Positions 57,273 to 64,000 of a stretch of 64,000 bases of DNA are shown piece by piece (position 1 is the stretch's first letter; every line of letters starts with the position of its first letter). The DNA lies in the NCBI GenBank assembly GCA_965279515.1, contig CBDIID010000003.1, positions 1,088,001 to 1,152,000 of the forward strand. Reading direction: 5' to 3'. This stretch comes from Turneriella sp. Lineage in GTDB: Bacteria; Spirochaetota; Leptospiria; Turneriellales; Turneriellaceae. Under the pieces are notes generated by a model. It was not told the origin of the DNA. It ran no database searches and saw only the letters and a list, made by a program, of their open reading frames with translations. Position numbers and translations under genes: made by a program.

Positions 57273-59093
57273 CTATTCGGCGTATGAAGCCGTGGCGCGG
57301 CCGACCTCGCTCATTTTCGCCTCTTTCTTAAGACGCGCCAGCAGCGCCGAAATATCTTCCGGTTTTTCGGGTTTCTCGCCCGGTTTCAGTTCGACAATCG
57401 CCGCACTGATCGACAGAATGGGGAACTTCTTCACGGTGTTCTCGCGGTCGGTGGATGTATAGTGTTTTTGCCGCCGCTCCTCGGGCGAGAAAAAAGGCTT
57501 CACCTCGTGATCGAAGGCACTTTGCAGTTCATCGACAAGTCGTAATACCTCATCGGCGGCCCTGACCGTTGATTCATAGCCGAGAAAAAAATCATCGCCG
57601 CCGATATGGCCTACAAGAAATTCCGGCGGTACAAGGCGCCGCAGAATTTCCACAAATAGCATAATCGCGCGGTCCCCCTGGCGAAAACCAAAGCGGTCGT
57701 TGAACGGCTTAAAGTGGTCGAAGTCAAAATAGACAAAATAACAGAATAAACCGTCACGCAGCAAAGTTTCACTGATAAAGTTGTGGATAACAGTGTTTCC
57801 CGGAAGCCGGGTCAGCGGGTTCATATCGCGGGCCAGTGCCAGGTTTTTCTCGTGGATGACATTTAGTAGGGATTTTGCATTCAAAAATCCGAAATATTCG
57901 GTATTCTGAACAATGATGACACCTTCAGATTCGGGATGCGCGAGAAAAATCTCGAGAATTTTGTCCTGCGGCGTGTGGATGTCGGTGGTGGGAGACGGCG
58001 TTATGAAGGCGCGGAGTCCTTTCGTTACAGATTTATTGGAAAGCAGTTCGCGGCCATAGGGCGAGTAGACATATTGTTTGATCGTCTTTTCGTGAACGAT
58101 ACCCAGCGGCACGCGGTTGGTATCGAGAACCGGAAAAAAATTATAAAATTGCTGGTCGTGGAATTTATCGAGCAGTACGCGCACATCGTCATCGATGCCG
58201 ATGGTTTCGATCGGCAGAATTTCACGCTGTATCAGCTCAACGTCATTAAGCCGACGCCGCTGGCCTGCGGCCGCAGTCTGGCGTATCGCCTCATAATTAA
58301 AAAGCAGTTCGGCCATATCGAGCGTGGGCTTCTGTACATAATACCCCTGTATGAGATCGAAGCCAATGTCCTTGACGACGCGGAACTCCGCCTCGGTCTC
58401 AATCCCCTCGGCGATGGTCGTGACACCCTGCATGCGGCAGAGCGCCACAAGATGGGCGCAGATATTTTTTTTGCGCGAGTCGGCCTCGATACGTGAAATA
58501 AGAAAACGGTCAAACTTCAGGAACCCCGGGTCGGCATGGTAGAACAGCTCCATGCCCGCGAAACCCGAACCGAAATCGTCGAGCGCGATCTTAATCCCCC
58601 GCTCTTTCATGTTGCGGGAGAAACCGCCGAGTATTTCATGCGAGTCGATCGGGTATTTCTCATTAATTTCAAAACAAATCTGCCCGGGGCGCAGGTCAAA
58701 ATTCATCATCAGGCTTTCGGTCACACCGGGCCGGTAATCGGGCATCTCAAGAATACGCGGATCATAATTGTAAAAGAGTATCAATTTGTCGTGCACGGCG
58801 ATGCGCTTGAATTTCGCGATCGCTTTTTCCCGAAGTTTAACATCCACAATGAAGAGCAGGTCTTCGGCGAATGCCGCATCAAAAAGCGCATGCGGCTTAT
58901 CATAGCCCAAATGTTCGTAGCCGCGCAGCAAGGCTTCGACCCCAAAACTGACCCCGGTCACGGGGTGCACAATAGGTTGAAAGGCAAAATCAATCTGGTC
59001 GAGCCGTTTCAGCCAATCAGCTACCGCATCGGCATGCAGCGAAACAGAGCCCCGGTAATTGTTTTCCTCAAGGCTTTGAGTCGCGCTGGCCAT
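57273..59093 (-). CDS. EAL-CBS-GGDEF c-di-GMP signalling protein
   Basis: EAL motifs EAL, DDFGSG, EGIE and QGY; then NPLTRLPGN, DFDHFKPFND and GGDDF. Confidence 0.92.
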   Translation of the reverse strand: MASATQSLEENNYRGSVSLHADAVADWLKRLDQIDFAFQPIVHPVTGVSFGVEALLRGYEHLGYDKPHALFDAAFAEDLLFIVDVKLREKAIAKFKRIAVHDKLILFYNYDPRILEMPDYRPGVTESLMMNFDLRPGQICFEINEKYPIDSHEILGGFSRNMKERGIKIALDDFGSGFAGMELFYHADPGFLKFDRFLISRIEADSRKKNICAHLVALCRMQGVTTIAEGIETEAEFRVVKDIGFDLIQGYYVQKPTLDMAELLFNYEAIRQTAAAGQRRRLNDVELIQREILPIETIGIDDDVRVLLDKFHDQQFYNFFPVLDTNRVPLGIVHEKTIKQYVYSPYGRELLSNKSVTKGLRAFITPSPTTDIHTPQDKILEIFLAHPESEGVIIVQNTEYFGFLNAKSLLNVIHEKNLALARDMNPLTRLPGNTVIHNFISETLLRDGLFCYFVYFDFDHFKPFNDRFGFRQGDRAIMLFVEILRRLVPPEFLVGHIGGDDFFLGYESTVRAADEVLRLVDELQSAFDHEVKPFFSPEERRQKHYTSTDRENTVKKFPILSISAAIVELKPGEKPEKPEDISALLARLKKEAKMSEVGRATASYAE

Positions 59094-59098
59094 GTTCA

Positions 59099-59704
59099 CT
59101 AATTTTCCAGCAATTGGCGCAGATTGTTTAAGGTCTGGTAAGGCAAGTGCCCCACCATACCGGATACCGCCCAACCCGGAAGACTACCACCTGGCTCGGA
59201 ATGCATGGAATAGGTGATTTCAACGGCACCCGGTGACAGTTCGGTGAATTTCCAGTACCCCTTTAACTGTGAAATGCGGACACGCCCCGGAGTCGGTGGT
59301 ATCGCATCGGGAACAGCTTCCATGGTGACCGAAATCAACGGAGGCGTGGCCGATTTGCGGAACATAAACCGCACTACCGCTTCACGCTCAGCGATCGGCC
59401 ATGGTGTCGCCTGCACCGAGAAAACAATGCCGCTCGTTGCCGAGAATTTTGCAATTTGTTTTGATTCCTTGCAGTCCTTCATCCAGGCGGTGTAGCCTGG
59501 AATATTCTGCATCACCGCCATCACCTTATCTAGCGTTGTTTTTGCTGTCATAACGGCCTTAAATTCTTTATATTCAGAGCCGGCCACAGGTCGTGTTTCA
59601 ATGGTGATGCCGTTCTTTTGGAACGCCCTTTTCCATGTGCCATCCCCGTACAGGAATGGCGTCAGGATAAAAACGGCTATACAGATTAGCTGTCGGGTCG
59701 GCAC
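59099..59704 (-). CDS. Exported START-domain lipid-binding protein
   Basis: Motifs KEFKA, PWPIAERE and EPGGSLPGW; signal peptide. Confidence 0.85.
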   Translation of the reverse strand: MPTRQLICIAVFILTPFLYGDGTWKRAFQKNGITIETRPVAGSEYKEFKAVMTAKTTLDKVMAVMQNIPGYTAWMKDCKESKQIAKFSATSGIVFSVQATPWPIAEREAVVRFMFRKSATPPLISVTMEAVPDAIPPTPGRVRISQLKGYWKFTELSPGAVEITYSMHSEPGGSLPGWAVSGMVGHLPYQTLNNLRQLLEN

Positions 59705-59723
59705 AGGTCTGTTTTGATTCTAT

Positions 59724-59743
59724 ATTTAGCCAATCAACTAATT
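59724..59743. promoter_or_regulatory. ATTTAG-N8-CTAAWT operator, copy 1
   Basis: ATTTAG CCAATCAA CTAATT. Confidence 0.6.
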
Positions 59744-59794
59744 ATTATGTCGCTCAATCCAGCTGCTGACCTTTGAGGCATAAAAGGAGGATAA

Positions 59795-60142
59795 ATGGAA
59801 TTTTCTAAGCGCGAATCCGGTTCGATTACAATTTTCGATATCAGTGGCGAAATCGACGTCTATAATGCGGGCTCGCTCAAAAACACCCTGCTACAGGAAA
59901 TCGAAGCTGGAAAAAACCGCATCGTTCTGAACATGAAGCGCGTCTCTTACATCGACTCAACGGGCATCGGTGTTCTGCTTTGGGCATTGCAGGCCGTGAA
60001 ACAAAAACAGGGCGGACTTAACCTGTTCTCCATCTCAGAAAGCATACGCAAGGTGTTTACACTGACAGGCCTTTTGAAGTTCCTTGAAATTTACGACGAT
60101 GAAGACACCGCCAAAGCGGCGCTCACGCCAGATTCGCCGTAA
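59795..60142 (+). CDS. STAS-domain anti-sigma factor antagonist
   Basis: Motifs GEIDVY and YIDSTGIG; AGGAGG RBS. Confidence 0.93.
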   Translation: MEFSKRESGSITIFDISGEIDVYNAGSLKNTLLQEIEAGKNRIVLNMKRVSYIDSTGIGVLLWALQAVKQKQGGLNLFSISESIRKVFTLTGLLKFLEIYDDEDTAKAALTPDSP

Positions 60143-60413
60143 GTTTATCAAGCTTATGCAGATGGTAGGCCATTTCATGGATGCGAATGCGCTTTTCTAT
60201 TTCTGGTAAACCTTCGAGAGCTTCGAGAAATACACGTTGCTCCTGTAAGGGCCAATGATCGAATAATCTGCAATGGACCGCCGCGAGGATGGTATCCTGA
60301 AACGAATCATCGAGCAATGATTCGCGGATTGTTTTAGCCCGCGTGACGGAAATTCCGGCCATAATTTTTATTTTTTCGCTGCAGCGCAGGTATTCAAGGT
60401 AATCCCGATTCAT
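60123..60413 (-). CDS. Small hypothetical protein downstream of the ParA gene
   Basis: GGAGG RBS before ATG 60413; overlaps the ParA gene end. Confidence 0.6.
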   Translation of the reverse strand: MNRDYLEYLRCSEKIKIMAGISVTRAKTIRESLLDDSFQDTILAAVHCRLFDHWPLQEQRVFLEALEGLPEIEKRIRIHEMAYHLHKLDKLTANLA

Positions 60414-61182
60414 GTTGTTCCTCCGTTGTCTCAGGCGCAATGCCTGTTTTGGCGCAGATCTCGCGCCATAAGATCATATAGGCTTCCGCGGGCGCAGATA
60501 GTTTTGCACGGGCGTTCACGGGTTTACGCCGGATGCCCATTTTTTCGATCTCGCCGCTGAAAGGAATGTAGTTTCTGCAGATTTGCGGATTGGATGCCCA
60601 GAGAATTTCCATGCTTTCGTGGTGCAGCTTTTTACGCGCCTGAACCATAGAAAAGAACGGAATGATGGCGGCCTGATCGATTTCATTCTCAGCATAAAAT
60701 TGCCCGATCTGCTGCAGTGTTCTCAGCGACAGTGTCGTGGGAATTACAGGGACCAGTAAAAAGTCAGAGGCTTTGAAGATGTTCTCCGAAAGCAGCAAAA
60801 TACCGGGCGGGCTGTCCAGGAAAACAACGTCGAAATTTTCACGCAGCGGCTTCAGCGCCTCGCGTATACGGCGCCGCGATTTTTTCATGTCGTCGAGCGC
60901 GATGTCGATATTCCTGAATTCAAAATCAGCCGGTATGAGTGATAGGCGCGGGTATTCTGTTTGGCGGATGATTTCGGAAATGTCATCTTTGCCCTTCACG
61001 ACCCTTTTGACCGAGCTCGTTTCCGGTTCGACCGCCCTGAGATAATAACCGGCGGCGCCTTGCGGGTCAAGATCCCAAATCAGCGTTTTCAACCCCCCTT
61101 TGGAGGCGAGATAAGCCAGGTTGACCGCCGTTGCGGTTTTCCCGACTCCCCCTTTCAGGTTGTAGACGCCCAAAGTCAGCAT
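60394..61182 (-). CDS. Orphan ParA/Soj-family ATPase
   Basis: Motifs KGGVGKT, DLDPQG and DSPP. Confidence 0.92.
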   Translation of the reverse strand: MLTLGVYNLKGGVGKTATAVNLAYLASKGGLKTLIWDLDPQGAAGYYLRAVEPETSSVKRVVKGKDDISEIIRQTEYPRLSLIPADFEFRNIDIALDDMKKSRRRIREALKPLRENFDVVFLDSPPGILLLSENIFKASDFLLVPVIPTTLSLRTLQQIGQFYAENEIDQAAIIPFFSMVQARKKLHHESMEILWASNPQICRNYIPFSGEIEKMGIRRKPVNARAKLSAPAEAYMILWREICAKTGIAPETTEEQHESGLP

Positions 61183-61502
61183 TATTTCTCTTTTTTCTTC
61201 GGTTTCTCTTTTTTCCGGGATTTTTGCGATTCTGCGTGCTTTTTAAGCTGCTTTTTTACATGCTTATGAAGATGGCGCAGTTCTTCTGCGGTTACCGCTT
61301 CGTTCGCCTTGGCGGCTTCAAACTGCTGCCGGGCACTATCCAGATGTGTTTTGGCCACCGAGTAGGCTTCGAGCGCCGTTTCCAGGTTCTTGCGGACTTC
61401 AAGGCTAACGGCGACATCAGAAACCCCTTCAGCCATGGTGCGCAAACGTTCTACTTTTTCCCTGGCCTTCTCTGCCAGGTCACTTTTTTCTTTTTCCTTC
61501 AT
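61182..61502 (-). CDS. Small coiled-coil protein with a Lys-rich tail
   Basis: Stop overlaps the ParA start (TAATG); GAGG RBS. Confidence 0.7.
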   Translation of the reverse strand: MKEKEKSDLAEKAREKVERLRTMAEGVSDVAVSLEVRKNLETALEAYSVAKTHLDSARQQFEAAKANEAVTAEELRHLHKHVKKQLKKHAESQKSRKKEKPKKKEK

Positions 61503-61610
61503 ATTCCCTCACTTAAACAACAAAAAAGCCCAATACCGGCCTATCTGTAAAGCTTTAAATATGTCATTTCGGAAATTAACTAATTATAAAGCGATGCATC
61601 AATCGCTCTT

Positions 61611-61630
61611 ATTTAGTTAATTAGCTAAAT
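61611..61630. promoter_or_regulatory. ATTTAG-N8-CTAAWT operator, copy 2
   Basis: ATTTAG TTAATTAG CTAAAT, a near-perfect palindrome; weaker copy at 61566-61585. Confidence 0.65.
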
Positions 61631-61693
61631 TTACAATTTACAAGATGACTACACTTCAGTTATGTCCCCCAAAATAACCCGAATGGAGAAACA

Positions 61694-62563
61694 ATGAAAA
61701 ACACCTCTGAAGCAACGAAATACTCTCTAAAAACCCTGCTTTTCATGGCACTCGTCGTTGGAGCGATCTTTACGACCACAACGATGGCCCAAACTGCCCC
61801 GGCAAAACCAGCCGTCGCCCCCGCTGCTGCGGCCCCTGCAGCCGCAACCCCAGGCGCGCCAGCCACCGGTGAAGCTGCCCCCCTGGGCAGCGAAGGCAAT
61901 AAAGAAGCTGCCTCATTCGCCGAAGCGGGTGATATCAACATCTTCCATAGCAAAGATCCTGCGCTGTGGATTCTCATCGCCCTGTTCTTTATCGCCCTCG
62001 CCATCGGCGCCGAGCGCCTTTGGGTGCTTCTGAACAGCAAATCGGCCAACGCTGACCTTGTGCGCCTCGTCACAGAGCGACTCAGCAAGAACCCCGGGAC
62101 CGGCGAAGACCTCGCGGCCGAAGTGGCGACCCCCAAATTCGGCGTCGAAGGCCGCATCGTGGCCGTGACACTGAAGGGCTGGCAGCACGACGAAGATACG
62201 ATTCAATCATATGCCAATGCAGCGATGGTCGCTGAACGCCGCTACCTCAGCTCACGCCTGCCGATTCTTTCGACCCTCGGTAACAACGCTCCGTTTATCG
62301 GCCTTTTGGGCACGGTTTTAGGTATCATGAAAGCCTTCCGCGATCTCGCCGGCGCAGCCGATGCAGGTCCGCAGGTCGTGATGAAAGGTATCTCTGAAGC
62401 GCTGGTCGCCACGGCGATGGGCCTCGGCGTCGCGATTCCCTGCGTGATGCTCTTCAACTACTTCTCTTCGGTCATCAAACGCAAAATGTCAAACGCCGAA
62501 GAAGTTACCAACATTATCGTGGCGCTGCGCCGGGCAACACGCTCGGGCAACAAGGTAGTCTAA
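61694..62563 (+). CDS. exbB: ExbB/TolQ proton channel
   Basis: Motifs APFIGLLGTVLGIM and ALVATAMGLGVAIP. Confidence 0.88.
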   Translation: MKNTSEATKYSLKTLLFMALVVGAIFTTTTMAQTAPAKPAVAPAAAAPAAATPGAPATGEAAPLGSEGNKEAASFAEAGDINIFHSKDPALWILIALFFIALAIGAERLWVLLNSKSANADLVRLVTERLSKNPGTGEDLAAEVATPKFGVEGRIVAVTLKGWQHDEDTIQSYANAAMVAERRYLSSRLPILSTLGNNAPFIGLLGTVLGIMKAFRDLAGAADAGPQVVMKGISEALVATAMGLGVAIPCVMLFNYFSSVIKRKMSNAEEVTNIIVALRRATRSGNKVV

Positions 62564-62564
62564 A

Positions 62565-62993
62565 ATGGCCGCGAAAGTAGGCGATTCAGGCGGCGACGAG
62601 GTTATCGGCGACATCAATGTCGTACCCCTCGTCGACATCATGCTCGTGCTCGTGATCATTCTGATGGTCACAGCCGAGTTCACGAAATACCGCACGGTAC
62701 CCATCCAGCTGCCCAAAGTCAATGCAGTGGCGATGAAACGTGAACCGCATAAAGTGGCGATCACTATCAAGCCCGACGGGAAAGTTTTTCTCGGCGATAA
62801 GCCGATCAAGAATCTCGAAGAGCTGGGGCCTCGCCTCACCGCCGCCAAAAAAGCGCAACCCGATGTTGCGGTGATTCTGCGCATGGAAAAAGACACGAAA
62901 TACAGCGACATGCTGAAGGTTCTCGATGACGTAAAACTCTCGGGCATCAGCAAGGTCGGTCTCGCCGTCGACTCGGCAAAAAAAGGTAAGTAG
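62565..62993 (+). CDS. exbD: ExbD/TolR
   Basis: INVVPLVDIMLVLVIILMVT motif. Confidence 0.9.
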   Translation: MAAKVGDSGGDEVIGDINVVPLVDIMLVLVIILMVTAEFTKYRTVPIQLPKVNAVAMKREPHKVAITIKPDGKVFLGDKPIKNLEELGPRLTAAKKAQPDVAVILRMEKDTKYSDMLKVLDDVKLSGISKVGLAVDSAKKGK

Positions 62994-62998
62994 GATTT

Positions 62999-63742
62999 AT
63001 GGCTGCGGATGTAATTAACCCCCCTCCCAGCCTCCCCCCTAATAGGGGGGAGGTGCCGAAGGCGGTGGGGGGTAAGCGCAGTTCGCGCCGCGGCGTCGTA
63101 ACCTTCGACGGCATTCGCCTCGGCAACGGCACGCTGCTCTACCCCGGCCTTTCGAACACATTTGAGAATTATGAGCTCATTCCCTGGATCAGCCGGCACA
63201 AAGCTGTCTGGCTCGGCGCTATCTTGCTCATACTGTCGTTAGGTTACACGTTCATCAATATCAACTGGGGCCCGTCAGACGACGAACTCGACAAGATCGC
63301 TGTCGGCGTCGACTTTGGCGACGTGGTACAGCCATTCAAAAAGAAACCGGCGAAACCGCGTGAAGAAGTCGACGAAGTTTTCGGCAATGAATTCATCAAA
63401 GACAAAAAGGTAGACCCCGACAAAGAAGATCCGCGTATCTCGACGGCCGCAAACTCTGCTGTTGCCGGTGGCAACGGTGGTGTCGATCTCTCACCCGAAA
63501 TCAGGCCTCCTTATACTGCTGAGGCCAGATCGTCTGGCATCGAAGGCACAGTGACGCTTGAAATCGTCATCGACGAAACCGGCAAAGTATTGCGCGCACG
63601 CGCCGTCGGTAAAAAGCTCGGCATGGGGCTCGATGAGGCGGCGATGAAGACCTACCGCCAGAAAAAATTCAGCCCTTACGTGGTTCAGGGTAAAGCCGTA
63701 CCGATCAAGAGTTATATCCGCGTAAAGTTCGCTCTGGAATGA
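62999..63742 (+). CDS. tonB: Energy transducer TonB
   Basis: TM helix, then TonB C-domain PYTAEARSSGIEGTVTLEIVIDETGKV. Confidence 0.85.
   Translation: MAADVINPPPSLPPNRGEVPKAVGGKRSSRRGVVTFDGIRLGNGTLLYPGLSNTFENYELIPWISRHKAVWLGAILLILSLGYTFININWGPSDDELDKIAVGVDFGDVVQPFKKKPAKPREEVDEVFGNEFIKDKKVDPDKEDPRISTAANSAVAGGNGGVDLSPEIRPPYTAEARSSGIEGTVTLEIVIDETGKVLRARAVGKKLGMGLDEAAMKTYRQKKFSPYVVQGKAVPIKSYIRVKFALE
63018..63073. repeat. C/G-tract branched palindrome in frame in the TonB N-terminus
   Basis: acccccctcc cag cctcccccct-aat-aggggggagg t gcc-gaa-ggc ggtggggggt. Confidence 0.7.
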
Positions 63743-63748
63743 CCTAGG

Positions 63749-63787
63749 ATGAGGATTACATGCGACATAAGCAGGGTTAATCCTCAT
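63749..63787. terminator. Hairpin after tonB (possible terminator or processing site)
   Basis: 10-bp arms atgaggatta ... taatcctcat, followed by tatttct. Confidence 0.45.
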
Positions 63788-63796
63788 TATTTCTAC

Positions 63797-63816
63797 ATTT
63801 AGCCAATTACCTAATT
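63797..63816. promoter_or_regulatory. ATTTAG-N8-CTAAWT operator, copy 3
   Basis: ATTTAG CCAATTAC CTAATT. Confidence 0.6.
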
Positions 63817-63859
63817 AATGATTTACAGTTTGAGTGCGTTGCAAAAAAGGAGAACAGAC

Positions 63860-64000
63860 ATGCTGCGAAACAGCCAAAAGTCAAATTTAAAGGGGTTAAC
63901 CGGGGCCATCGCGCTTGCGTTAGCTCTCTATTCCATTCAGGGCGACCTTTTCGCCGCCCCTAAAAAGGCAGCGCCAGCCGCCACAGCAGTCGCCGGCCCC
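63860..64000 (+). CDS. Partial exported protein running off the window end
   Basis: AGGAG RBS; MLRNSQKSNLKGLTGAIALALALYSIQGDLFAAPKKAAPAA... reads as a signal peptide. Confidence 0.7.
   Translation, partial: MLRNSQKSNLKGLTGAIALALALYSIQGDLFAAPKKAAPAATAVAGP

Noticed and set aside
61591..61606. gcgat-gcatca-atcgc palindrome upstream of exbB
   Set aside because: Single short occurrence; cannot be assigned to a regulator.
1..64000. CRISPR arrays, tRNA/rRNA, transposases, prophage or defence genes
   Set aside because: No spaced direct repeats, cloverleafs or relevant protein motifs were seen by eye.

Overview
A gene-dense chromosomal window of about 55 CDS. The gene content points to a Leptospiraceae spirochaete, probably Turneriella-like (inference from DUF1574+MBOAT, DUF1554-type lipoproteins, Leptospira-style PP2C/STAS and cyclase proteins, and a lipase foldase). 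It is mostly housekeeping, envelope and signalling genes: ppc, gltX, murB, glpD, trmB, lnt, ftsK, rlpA, lpxB, purF, ccmF, pgpA, an lpxL-like acyltransferase and exbB-exbD-tonB. I saw no rRNA, tRNA, CRISPR array, transposase or prophage. The notable signal lies below gene level. (1) A family of ~53-54 nt double-hairpin elements with GGA/GAG loops keeps its structure while its sequence covaries. All three copies are sense-oriented, and two sit in frame inside genes. (2) Other palindromic REP-like elements sit in frame in an aldo-keto reductase, TonB and PurF, recalling Rickettsia palindromic elements. (3) There are large nested intergenic palindromes. (4) A repeated ATTTAG-N8-CTAAWT operator lies in three intergenic regions around the TonB locus. 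(5) A tandem operator sits between doxX and marR. All product calls come from motif recognition by eye; no database search was run.
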